Part shown: positions 21,101 through 32,670 of the stretch, one piece after another
Numbering within the stretch: position 1 is the first letter of the stretch
How the letters are laid out: each line of letters opens with the position of its first letter
DNA from: Schizochytrium sp. TIO01
Taxonomy: Eukaryota > Protista > Bigyra: Labyrinthulomycetes
Reading direction: 5' to 3'
Assembly: GCA_004764695.1 (NCBI GenBank)
Contig: SMSO01000032.1
Span: forward strand, 3,442,483-3,506,482
Length of the DNA: 64,000 bases
Translations under genes and position numbers: made by a program
The notes under the pieces: generated by a model
Told to the model about the DNA's origin: nothing
Seen by the model: only the letters and a program-made list of their open reading frames with translations
The model's database searches: none

Positions 21101-24100
21101 GTCATCGAAGAAAAGTAGAAAAATAAATAGTAAAAACCAAAATACAAGACCCGGAGACATTCTTCCTAGCAGATGAAACTGAATGAAACAGACATTAGAG
21201 AAAAGCAAGAAGGAAGAAGAACTTGTTGTGCAAGGATCTAGACGAAACAAAGGCCACGACGAAACGCTCCCGGCATTGCCTTTGATCGCCGACAATACCT
21301 TGATAACCCACAAGCATCACGCCCCGACCTGTGAAGCTTCCTTGGAGTTGAGTAGGGTTGATCGCGACTTTCCTTCATGCCATCGAGCCTCGAGATTGGA
21401 GCGCTAGAACACTCAGAGTTTGTGTTGCCTTCTGGAATATGGCGCCCCGTTCTTCCAGCTTTTGGTACGTGCGGCAGATCTGCGAGGTAGGTAGGTACTA
21501 GTAGGCTGAGCGCAGGCATACTAATTCTGAATTGAGTGGAAGATCATTATGAATGATGAGCAGCATCTCCATTATCACTACTTAGTACGCGTATCATCTC
21601 GTATCGTTTAGTGTATTTCCTCGCAACGCAACACGGGTAGGAAACACTGTTTTTTTTTTTTGTTTTTTTTTTTTTTTCCAATCTGACTGAGCTAGACGAC
21701 GGACGTTTTAGATGATGTCACGCCGAGACTAGTATGCGATGACCTCAAGGCCTCTGGGAATAGCTTTGTTTTTATTGTGATGTATTCTATTAAGGTCTTG
21801 ACACAGTCTCAATCAAGAATGCTTGCCGCCCTTATCGTTTCTGAAAACTTCCTTTCACAGGCTTGTCGCTAATTTCTTCAAGCTCTCCAATTGCACGACA
21901 TAATTGCCCTCGGCACGGTAGGCTGTATACCTTATATCATTTAAAAAAAATGAGTGAGTCGTCTGGGAACCTAAATTCCAAATACCATTCATAGCACTCT
22001 TTGACCTTTCTTACATGAAATTCACATCTGTGAGTCACGCGCAGAAATTTTGTAGGTAGGTTCGCGAGTAGTATTCGAATAGAGGTACTGCTCGTACTTA
22101 TTTGTTAGCAGCTTTACGCGCGCCAGAAAAAGAGAGGGCTCAGCAACAAGGTTTCGGCCTAATACTCGTAGTTCAAGCAAAAGCAAAAGGCGAGGTAATA
22201 ATTATTTGGAAGGACGAGGACACGGCAGCTCTTGCCTTGAGCTCTTATCAGCTTTTGTTTATAAACCCAAAGATAAAGTTATCCTTTTTTATGTCTGCCA
22301 TGCAATCTGACATGAAAGCCATTCTCCCAAGCCTTTTCACTGCCAGTGCACCAAAAGTATACGATCATCGGGTTGAAATAGGAAATTATTCATTGTGATC
22401 TTTGTACCTAGGCACTTAATTACGCTCAGCACGTTTTTTGTTCTTATCTCCTTCTTCAACTTTTTAATTTAGCTACCAGACAGCGGCGTAAATATTCTGT
22501 TCAAGTAAAGATGATGACTTATCGCTGTTCATCTATGCTATAGCTCAAATTCAGTTAAACAATTCTTTTTCCTTTTTTCTTTTTCTTTTTTCTTTTCCTG
22601 AAAAAGAAAGAAAGAAGAGGGAGAACGAAAATAGAAACACTCGAACGGAGCCTTGTTAATATCGCTAGTGCATGAAACGAGAGGATTGTATTCTCTCAGA
22701 GTGTTTAGCAACGCAAGCAGAGACTAGTTAAAATATTTTTCTTCATTATGAGCTCATCAAGTTTTTTCGCGCCCTACTCTTGCAGCTCTCTTTTTCGCGC
22801 CGGTCACCCGCTCTCTGGATGACGCGGACCAACAATTTATATACATTTTACATCATAATAATAAATAAGTAAAATCTACCCACCTCCTTTCATAAAAAAT
22901 AATTTCATAAGTAGTCGTTCAAGTTTGACATCTCGAGCACACCATTATCATCACCAACAACATTAGCATCACCACCACCAGCAACAACAACAACAAGTAA
23001 CTCTATAGTACCTAGTGTTGAAGTCTCAAAATAAAGAGCAACGCTTGTGGTAGCAGGCACCTCGAGTATGGGTAGATCAACTATATAAAACTATCAGAAA
23101 ATGCAGTATTATGTGCGTTACGCTAGCACCAGAGATTCTGGCTGCCACTACCATCTTCTATTGTATCTCAATCGTAACAACGCAGACCAGCACCAGTGTG
23201 CCTTGTTTGCTCCCCTCTTATGCAAAAAGGCGGCATGCTCAACTGAAGTTCTACTGTATTGCTGATGCAGGAAATACGCCACCTGGCGGCTTGGTTTAAC
23301 GAATCAACCCATCTTATGCTATCAATGTGGTGAGCGCTGTCTTAGGCTATGGATATTTCGGATACTCGCGACCCCCGCATGTCGAATTAATTACGTTGTT
23401 GCACCACATCCTCGAATATCTTTGATTGGACCCTGTGCATCAGTCCACTTTAATCAATTCTTTGGCCACGTCTAGATGACGCACCGGAAGTCAATCTAAT
23501 AACTCAAATTTGCTAATCTTTGGCTTGAAGAGATGCCATTCGTATTAGGAGAACTTGATCTAAACTCACTACCAATAACCCCCTTGGCAGCTAGCTAGCT
23601 ACCTTCTCCTGCAAGCGATACGCGCGAACTTACGATGAGACTTAAAACTTTCTGAATACCCATAAGCTTTGCTTCCTTTGTCGAAGTACTCGCTTGAAAG
23701 AGGAGGCTTCATCTCTAAAGTGTATCGCTCCGCACGAATATGCCCTCCATAGCGAGCTTTTTATTTCCCGCACGCCTGTGAAAAAGCTCGTTTTCCCGCC
23801 TACATATCCGTCTGTTTCCACCAGGCAAACAATGCCGCACGCGACGGCATCAAGCAAGCTCGAATCCTACATAGTCTAGGCTAGATCTTCACGCTCTCCA
23901 AAGCAAAGCAGTCTTTCGTACCTAAACTCTGTCCCAGTTTTCTGGAGCTTCTTACGCTCTGCTCATGATCTTCACGTTGTCCATTACAACAAAGTTCGCT
24001 TTCGTCCTCCTCTTTCAGACTCTCTCTGCCTCTTTCTTTGTTGCTCCTTCCTCCCTCATACAAGTATATATTGCAGCTCCTTTTCCTTTCCTCTTTTCCC

Positions 24101-27100
24101 ACTTTTTTCTAAAAGCAAAAAACCGCTCTTCCACCTCCTACGCTGTCCCCTCGGCATTGGGACATTGCGCAGTTGTCTCCATTGGTTCGTTGCCCGCTCA
24201 TCTACTATATCGATAGAGCAGCTACTTACTCTTACCTATGGAGATGACTTTGGATGATTGATTGATGGCGCAGCTCTGCTATGCTTTGAAGGTGACTCTC
24301 TAACGGTCGCCGCGCTGAGACCATTAGACGATTGAGGTGACGCACGCACGAGGTGGTAGCAGCTCTCCTGAGTGCCCACCAAGACAGTAGCACCTGCGCC
24401 CCCAACAACCCCTCCCTTGCTGCACCCTGGTGATCTGAGGTGGTTCCTAATCACATAAACTTGTTCAAAGTTTCCCTTTCTCGCTTAAAAGAAAGGGGCA
24501 AAATTGGTTAAGAGTGGCTACGACACCTACTACCTTTAAATTCATTTATTTTATTTTTTACAATAAATATATTCTATTTTTTATTTTTATAAGGTACTAC
24601 TTTGTTTATTTATTGTTTATTCTTGATATTAGAAACGAAAAGTAATTTTAATTTAGAGAAATTAATTGTAAATCTGGAATATTGTGCATACGACAGACAG
24701 CGAGCAAAGTAGGGGTTTACATACCACTAATGGTAGCAGTTGGAGTGAGGAAAGAGGGTGTGCAGATGGATCACCGAGCCCCATTGTAACGGCCGAGCAG
24801 TGCGTGCATTAAGCACCATGCTACATGCGGCACCATGAACATAGATTGCGAATCATTATCATGTTACGATTGTCTTTGCGAATTAATTGAGATGTGCAAA
24901 GCAGCAGCACGCCCACGTAGAGCACGCCTATAAGGACACCACGCCTCGTGCATTTGTAGGCCGAAGTTTGTGCATCCCGCTATCGTTGGCAGCATCATTA
25001 TTATCATAAACACCACGCAGCTTGCTTCGAACGCAATGCACATCGCCAAGGCACAAAACAAATTGCACATGGCATGATGAACCTCGAGGAGTATGCTGCT
25101 CTTGCTGCGAACTCGAACCCAGAGCCCTGCGAACTCAGAGGAACTTGAAGAACTCGGACCATAGACTTCTTTGTGAGCCACGTGTCAAAGCAAAGCTGCG
25201 CAAAGAAAATTATTTATCGCAACCCCAAAGAACAAAAGTGCAGGATGATAATAATGTCTAAAATGCCAAAGTTCGCTTTTCGAGATATATAGGCCGTGCC
25301 TGTGTAGGCCGATACGTAGTGAAGTAGGATCTCAAACAAAGCAGTTGGTAAGAGTCAATCGGTAGGCCCCGAGATGCTTTCCTATCGCATCATCATCGCC
25401 GCCGCTATAGTTAACTCGTGTTTAATTCTCAACGTCCACAGCAAGCATGAATATGAAATACCCTTTTAAAAAACTGTATCACTTCCCGACACGAGGTCAA
25501 AGAAAGCGTTAGTTTTACATCCTTCAAATGGTCCAAAGCCGAACGATCGATGCAGCAAAAAGCTCTTTCTTGTCGTAGAACCTTCATTCCATTTCATTCA
25601 AAGATCTTCAGTTTTTTTGGTTTTTTTTTGTCTTTTTTGTCTTTTGTCTTTTTCTATGGATAAACTTTTTTTATTTTAAATTTATTAACATAATAAGAAA
25701 TAATTAAAAACCGGAAGGGTGCGACCGACCAAATATTATCGTATGTTTCATTAGAGAAGGGCAGTGGTTTTCTTTTTATCTGCTGCCGAGCTAATTCGTT
25801 TCATTCTCTCTGGGGCCAGGGCTGGGGCCGATATTCCTCATGCTCGAGCTGATTAGTTGGTGGCGGAGCTTGCCTCTCGCTATCTGCAGCGCGATCTCAG
25901 CGATTTATGAGAGAGAAGCTGTCTTCATTTTGATTAGTTTTCATCGAAGATGCCGTGTCGCAGCGGAGCCAATTGAAAGAAAGCGCATGAAAAGTAGGAA
26001 GAAAGCGAAAGGGTGTCGAAACTAGAAAACAAAGAGCGAGATGGAAGAAAAAGGCGCACCTAAACAGAAAACCAAAAACCAGAAAAGCCATTGTGCACTC
26101 CAATTTGTGCGCACTCGCTCACAGAGCGTGGCTCTGCTCTGGCTGGGACCGAGGCCAACAAACCAACCCTGATTTTGCACAGCTCTGTCTGTATCACCCA
26201 TGGCCTCTGTTTCGGACAGGCCTAGCCAAGACTAAGTAAGTTATGGCGATGGCTTTGCTGTGAACTCTGTTTTGATTCTAAGAGGCAGGCGCAGCCATTA
26301 GCGCTTTCTACTGCATATGTAGGAGTCTACACCTTTTTACATTTTAAATTATGTTTTAATAGAATAATAATTATAATAATAATTATGATAAATTGCAATG
26401 TTAGGTGTTCTTTGTTTTATCCGAACGCAAAGCAAATGCTCCTGCTCTCTCCGCGACGCCTTCAAAGTGAGCTGTGCAGACACGCAGCCATGGAAGAAAA
26501 AGGAAAAGTAGTTTCACTCTGGCGGAGCTCATAGCTTGAAGTGGCAAGCAATAAGCTTTGAAGTACTCATCCAATCGACCATCTTATTAACCTCTGATCT
26601 TGCAACGATCATCCTGAGTTTTGACGAATTCCACTCCATTTCATCGAAGTTCTTTTTTTTTTAGGTTTTCAATAGTTTTTTTAGTTTTTTAAAAATTATA
26701 AATATACTTATACGTATTTAAGAAGTCCATTCTAGCGTTACACCTCTTCTCTTCTGAACCATGACATGCTCTTTCTTATGCATAGTATATTCTTATGTAT
26801 AGTATACTGGGCGTCCGACAGACCCTCGAGTTAGAGCTTTTTTGGAGATGAATTTAACAAAATACTTTTATTATTTTTGGGGGTTTTATTATAGAGTTCG
26901 ACTCTTCCTAAACAGGGCGAGCGAGAGTGAATAGGGGAGGAGGAATTTACCAGAATTGTGTAAATACTCTCTTTCCCATTATTCGGCAAAACAAATCAAT
27001 CACAGACAGAAGTGGTGTTGCAAACCCCAAACTTAAGGAGTCTGTGACATCCCGCTTAAGATTATAGAGCTTTGGTTCTCTCTTAAAAACTTAGATTGAA

Positions 27101-27250
27101 CTTATTGATTTCATAGTGGAGACACGGGTGTCTACGCTTAAAGTCAACCTACGCTCAAGGAGCAGGCTTTCCCTTGCTCGCCTCTTTCCTGCTCACTAGG
27201 TAGTCAGCAATAACGCGAACCTCAACACACAACACATTTTTGTAGAGACG

Positions 27251-27796
27251 ATGGCCCCCACAATCAAATTCACCGCACTGCTCCTCGTTGCAGGCCTTGC
27301 CGGCGTTGCCAATGCACAGGAATCTACCCCTGATTGCTACAATGAAAACGTGAAACTTGTTGGTCATGTGCTTGAGAACTTCGACGACATTATGAAGATG
27401 GACTTTGAGTGCCACCTCTACTGCCAATATGAGCCTGATTGTGCATCCTGGACTTACTCTGAGACTGACTCCTCCAGCTTGTGCACGCTCTTCTCCAAGG
27501 TTGAGGATGTTATCAAGGATAGCTTCGGATTTATTTCTGGTCCCAAGGACTGTGATATTGAAGGACCCACCTACGTTACACCCACACCCACTTCTGAAGC
27601 TGAGGAGAGTCCTGACGTGCCAGTGAAACCCGAGGAACCCATCATTGAGTGGCCCGTATGGAACGAGACCGACTGGAACAGCACTAACTTTACCATGCCC
27701 ACACCTCTCTACACTGCCCCACCCACCTATGATACAAACTCCACCTTCGCGCCGACCGCGAGCCCTGTGCCGGGCAACTCATCTCTTGGTCTTTAA
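27251..27796 (+). CDS. Secreted PAN/apple-domain protein with P/T-rich tail
   Basis: Signal peptide MAPTIKFTALLLVAGLAGVANA; six-Cys apple pattern CY..CHLYCQYEPDCASWTY..CTLF..ISGPKDC; PTPT-rich tail with N-glycosylation sequons. Confidence 0.85.
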   Translation: MAPTIKFTALLLVAGLAGVANAQESTPDCYNENVKLVGHVLENFDDIMKMDFECHLYCQYEPDCASWTYSETDSSSLCTLFSKVEDVIKDSFGFISGPKDCDIEGPTYVTPTPTSEAEESPDVPVKPEEPIIEWPVWNETDWNSTNFTMPTPLYTAPPTYDTNSTFAPTASPVPGNSSLGL

Positions 27797-28993
27797 AAAG
27801 GCCCTGTTCCATGATGTCTAACAGAGCGTCTTATACCTCATCATACCTGCTGCATATTTCCCCATTTGTACTCCCTGACCTAAATCAAATCTTTGCGTAC
27901 ACTTTTTGATTTCGCTACTTGGTTCGGAAATCTTGTTTTACACAAGTGACAGACGACATTTGTGAAGGTAATTTGACCCACTCTTTAAAATTAGTTGCGC
28001 ATCACCACGAAAAAATCGATGGACCTTAGTATAATCACCATATTATTCAGGGAGATTTAACCATTTAAACTTGCCTTCTACAAAAAAAGTTCCCACCAAT
28101 AGATCTTGGGATATGGTAGAAGTCCCTTACGCTCATTCGGGACATTTTCTGCTCCACTAATATCTTTCATGGAACATAATAATATTGGCAGATAGCAAAA
28201 ATACCTTCTTGTTGCTTTAGAACCCAGTTCCATAACTATGGTAGTGTAGAGGCTATATTCTGAAGTTTGTGTACCACCAATTAAACTTTTAAAAGGCTAA
28301 ATTTGGATGTTATTATTCTACTGTCATTACAATAGAGAACTATTTTAGTCTTATTGAAGGGGTTGACAAGTGTATTTTGAGCATCAAAACTACTCATGTG
28401 AAAAAACTTACCTGTTAGATCACATGTTGGATGCAGATTACGAAACAAAGACTACCCTCAAAGCTGGCTTCCATGTATCACTATAAACAGTTCAAAAACG
28501 CAGCATGCTCTCAGCATCCATTGATCGAACTTATGCCCTACTTTTAAAATATAATACTATACATTTTCTAGGTGCAGAAATCCTGTGGGCAGATGACCCG
28601 GTCGCATCTCTTTGAATTCCTACAGAGTCAGAGCTGCCACATTACCCTACATCACTGAAAACCCATATTCAACCAAGAATACCACGGCACTTGTCTCTAT
28701 TTTGTGAAGAGACTCCCCGCAAGTTGCATATTACTAGCGGCCCCATAGCTTTCGAGCGCGGTAGTAAAGGGTTGGATTCTCTTGTGGGGTCTTGATTTTT
28801 ACCGCGCCGCATGATGCATGAGGTTACAAGGGTACGTACGTACCCTTGTAACTAATTGGGACTGTCGTAGGACAAACTTTGGTCCCACTTTTTTAATGTT
28901 AGGTCCCACTTTCGAAAGAACACAATCTCTACAGCAAAGCCCGAACCCGTACCAAGCGAACCCAAATCGCAGCCACACCAACTATACATTGCA

Positions 28994-29986
28994 ATGGACG
29001 CTCAGGACTTTGCAGGGCGTCTAGTTGGTGGCCGCTCCACCCGTTCTCGTTTTGAGGATGCCGCCTTGCAACTCAAAGCTACCGCGGCAGTGCCCATTAA
29101 GACCTTCGCTGCAACTCTCAACCTTGAAGGGCCTCCAACTGCAGCAAGTGACGAAGAGTGCGCTCAGTGGGCTCTCAATTGGGCATCAAGGCTTGGCCCT
29201 GAAGACAAGGACCGTCTACTGCTGCAGCTCATGGACTGGTTCAAAAGAGATTTTTTCAAATGGGCAGGAAAACTGGAATGTCCTGGATGTGGTTCTGAAG
29301 ATACAGCCACTGTGCGAATGGCTACTCCGCTAGATCATGAAAAATCGGATCTTGCAGGTCGCGTGGAGGTTAATGAGTGTAAATCATGTGGTTGCGAGTT
29401 CAGATTTCCCAGGTATAATAACCCTGGAAAGCTCCTCGAGACGCGTTTGGGGCGTTGTGGAGAGTGGGCAAATTGTTTTGGCCTTATTCTTTGCGCTCTT
29501 GGATTTGAGACGCGCTATGTGCTTGACTGGACAGACCATGTTTGGTGCGAAGTATGGAGCGACCGCGTCAAGAGATGGGTTCACTGTGACTGCTGTGAGG
29601 GTCCGAACACGATTGACTCACCGTATATGTATGAGGCAGGCTGGGGTAAAAAACTCAACTATATTGTTGCTTTTGGGCTTGACCACGTGGTGGATGTCAC
29701 CCAGCGGTACACGCAGAAGTTTGAAGAACTCAAGCGAGAGCGCCGTCCAATTCCTGAAACTGTAGTCGAAACACTTGTCTTCCAGGAACACAAGAACCAA
29801 GGCAAAGTAGCGCGCCGTAAAGAACACCATGCCGATACTCTCTCTACGCGTTCAAGGCTCCTTATGGAGCAATTCGAGTTCCTGGACAATACTTCGGCTC
29901 GAACTGACTTAAAGGAGGCAGAGCAACAGGGTCGTGTCTCTGGCGAGGCGGAGTGGAAGCGCTTACGTGGAGAGGATGGAAAGTAG
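28994..29986 (+). CDS. PNG1: Peptide:N-glycanase (transglutaminase-like core only)
   Basis: WFKRDFFKW, Zn pairs CPGC/CKSC, RFPRYNNPGKLLETRLGRCGEWAN (catalytic Cys), TDHVW (His), WVHCDCCE (Asp), YEAGWGKKL, GRVSG..W...RGE. Confidence 0.96.
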   Translation: MDAQDFAGRLVGGRSTRSRFEDAALQLKATAAVPIKTFAATLNLEGPPTAASDEECAQWALNWASRLGPEDKDRLLLQLMDWFKRDFFKWAGKLECPGCGSEDTATVRMATPLDHEKSDLAGRVEVNECKSCGCEFRFPRYNNPGKLLETRLGRCGEWANCFGLILCALGFETRYVLDWTDHVWCEVWSDRVKRWVHCDCCEGPNTIDSPYMYEAGWGKKLNYIVAFGLDHVVDVTQRYTQKFEELKRERRPIPETVVETLVFQEHKNQGKVARRKEHHADTLSTRSRLLMEQFEFLDNTSARTDLKEAEQQGRVSGEAEWKRLRGEDGK

Positions 29987-30272
29987 AGGTCAGATCTCCT
30001 GTTAAAGTTCTTTGTTAGTGGTAGCTTCCAATTTAACTTCAGTTATGCTTATGTCGTTACGTGGACAGATATATGCGTGTATGAATTTAAATGTAATGAG
30101 GAGCTACATATACACTTCTTGGCTTGAGGCTCTTGTTCTTTATTGTTATTTGTTTGCAAGAAGCTACTATCCCTTCATACCTCATCAGGACCTATACTCA
30201 TGGTGCAACTGCATGAGAAAGTTCTCCTATGATAAATAAAAATCGTTCATTATCGTTAGCAGAATACAAGTG

Positions 30273-30565
30273 GAAAAGGGACATGAAGTAAATGTACACT
30301 TTTCATGCTTGTACTACGTTATACAGGACAACGGTGGCGCTACCCCTATCTTTTCGCGCTCACCATTATACTATTGCTTTATCGGTAGAAATTCTCATCT
30401 TTTTTCAATTCAATCAAATAGAAAAGGGGCATTAAGTAAATGTACACTCTTCACGCTTGTATTACGTTATACAGGACAACGGTGGCGTTACCCCTATCTT
30501 TTCGCGCTCACCATTAAACTATTACTTTATTGCTAGAAACTTTCATCTTCTTTTTTCAATTCAAT
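30273..30565. repeat. Two-copy tandem duplication, period 148 bp, about 90% identical
   Basis: Copy 1 at 30273-30414 and copy 2 at 30421-30565 (gaaaaggg..aagtaaatgtacact..tacgttatacaggacaacggtggcg..tacccctatcttttcgcgctcaccatta..tttttcaattcaat). About 12 substitutions and one small indel by eye. Confidence 0.95.
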
Positions 30566-32203
30566 GAGCTGTTCTCGAAACTCTTCTTCTTCATCGCGTA
30601 TATGAATAGAATCTATAGAGGCTCTCTGAGCAACGAATGCTTCGTCATCAAGTGAAAGGTGCTGGACCAATTCGATCAGCGCAAACGTATCTTTGGCACA
30701 GTACTTCACAAGATCTTCTCGTAGTCTCTCGTGCGTTTTCTGGGAGGTCTCAGGTGTATTGCAAACAAACCAAGCTAGCTGCGCATCTTGCCCATTTCCT
30801 ACAGAACTGCCATCATCATAAAGGATTTGACTGTGTGGAATTCCTTTGACAATCGCTTTGAGAGAGTATGAACCCATTTGCTGAGGTGCGTAGAAATGGG
30901 TCCGACAGAATGATAATGTGTCAAAAAGACGAGCTTCTATGGCCTTTAGGGGTTTTTTGAGGTCCGCACAACTTGGGTGAGCCATGAGTTTTTTCAAGAC
31001 ACCGCGTTCGGCAGCAATAGAGTGAACAAAAATCGGCCCTTCTGTGCCTAGTGAAGCTAGCAAAGTTTCTGCAAATCTGCGATGCAGATTTTCTGTATCA
31101 AACGACAAAAAGGACTCTCCTCCATGAAGTTCAGGAACCTCCTCTGCCGAGGGCCACACGTGTACGGACCATTGAAAAGGTAAAGCATCGCGTGGTTTTG
31201 AACCAGCCATAATAGGAACAACCTGCTGCACCGTTTCAAAGTCCATGCTGTATCGAGGCCAAGGAAGTTGTCTCAGTCTAGAAGCGCACGTCTTTGAGCG
31301 TATTGCGTGATCTTCCTTGTGCGCCCGCCAAAGACGCTGCTCGGAGGGTTTCTTGAGGCTACTCCTGTCGACTTCACGGAGATCATAAACTCCTTTTTTC
31401 GCCCAAAACTCGCTGAGTTGACGTCCAATACGTGGGACGATGCGAATAGGTACTTCTGCATGGTGATCAAGCTCACTTTCACAAAACTTTTTGAACTCGC
31501 AAGGAAAAGGTTTTGTACAATGAGAACCAACCGGCATATCTGGGCATGGGGAGTCTGCAGGCAAAATACCACGAATGAGAAGATCAATGGCTTCCTCGAT
31601 GAACTTGATCCGCTCCCCATGTCTGATTTGCTCCATATCACCATCTTCAGGGTTGTCTCCAGAATATTTTGTGAACTGGAAAAAGCCATCATAGCGGCTT
31701 CGGATAGTATCCCCAGGTACCTCCTCTGGAAGTATAAAGTCTTTATTAATGTTTGCAAGATAGGCACTTCGCAAATCAACGCTGCCGTCCTTGACCACCA
31801 CAAATTTTTGCACAGCAAGGTCATACATGTGGTCATCTCTCAAGGTCGATGACGATTTAATCTCAATCATATCCCAGACGTGACTTCCCTTTTCTGCACG
31901 TTGCAAGACATCAACCCGCACCAGCACTCCATCAGCCTCGAATGTCGCTTCGTAGATGCGATCGACCTCCGGTTCGCACATGGCCTCGTAAGTGGCAGCC
32001 AGGGCCTCCGTTTTGTTCCTAATCTCACTCAAATCGCGCCCAAGCCCAAAATACGAGGGCGCAAACTTCTGTAGACGTTCTCCCATACCTATTAAGAACC
32101 CACTCGGTTCCTCACCTTTTGATGGCTTGTGTATTCTCATCCAAGCGCGCTTTGGGCACCTTATGGCACTCATGACCAGCGTCTTGTTCACTTTCGAGGC
32201 CAT
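30533..32203 (-). CDS. DUF2779-family protein: Cas4/RecB-like PD-(D/E)xK nuclease + HhH + RNase H-like DEDD exonuclease (prokaryote-type)
   Basis: N-terminal RCPKRAWM, VRVDVL..IEIKSS..DLAVQ, CTKPFPCEFKKFC; then MDFET, PFQWSVH, AERGVL, RLFDTL, YSLKAIV, YCAKDT. ATG at 32203; an in-frame stop lies shortly upstream of the track's TTG. Confidence 0.85.
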   Translation of the reverse strand: MASKVNKTLVMSAIRCPKRAWMRIHKPSKGEEPSGFLIGMGERLQKFAPSYFGLGRDLSEIRNKTEALAATYEAMCEPEVDRIYEATFEADGVLVRVDVLQRAEKGSHVWDMIEIKSSSTLRDDHMYDLAVQKFVVVKDGSVDLRSAYLANINKDFILPEEVPGDTIRSRYDGFFQFTKYSGDNPEDGDMEQIRHGERIKFIEEAIDLLIRGILPADSPCPDMPVGSHCTKPFPCEFKKFCESELDHHAEVPIRIVPRIGRQLSEFWAKKGVYDLREVDRSSLKKPSEQRLWRAHKEDHAIRSKTCASRLRQLPWPRYSMDFETVQQVVPIMAGSKPRDALPFQWSVHVWPSAEEVPELHGGESFLSFDTENLHRRFAETLLASLGTEGPIFVHSIAAERGVLKKLMAHPSCADLKKPLKAIEARLFDTLSFCRTHFYAPQQMGSYSLKAIVKGIPHSQILYDDGSSVGNGQDAQLAWFVCNTPETSQKTHERLREDLVKYCAKDTFALIELVQHLSLDDEAFVAQRASIDSIHIRDEEEEFREQLIELKKEDESF

Positions 32204-32670
32204 CTTGGACAGCAAATCCAAGATAGATATTCCTGTCAAACCAAAGGCAGAACCAGCTCGCTCTCTTCTCTACAGCTAGCTTCGCCGCAGAGGTTGGTGT
32301 CTCTATTGCCTGCAGTTATGAACCTCCCAAGTTGAGCATGAAAACACCAGGATCGAAGCCAGCGGAACCTGTAATTCATTCATTCCATTCCTTCGCAACT
32401 CCGCAAAGAAGAGAAAAAACTTTTACAAGAGAACAAAATCACAAACCTTGGGGCCCCTCAGTTCGGAACTCTCACTGCCTTTTGTTCAGAGAAGCCTAGT
32501 TATCTACCTAGCTCAAACTACTATATGAGAAGTTCTTACACTCAAGAATGATCGAGATGATAGGTAGATTTCGTCGAAGAAGGTCGTGCAGACCCGGATT
32601 GAAAACCCACGAGAGTAGATAGATAGGCACCTCAGATTTTCCCGTTTAGGCTAGAAATAAATTCTCAAAC

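Noticed and set aside
30273-30565. CRISPR array next to a Cas4-like gene
   Set aside because: Only two ~145-bp units, no spacers and no cas1/cas2; the unit includes the gene's own 3' end.
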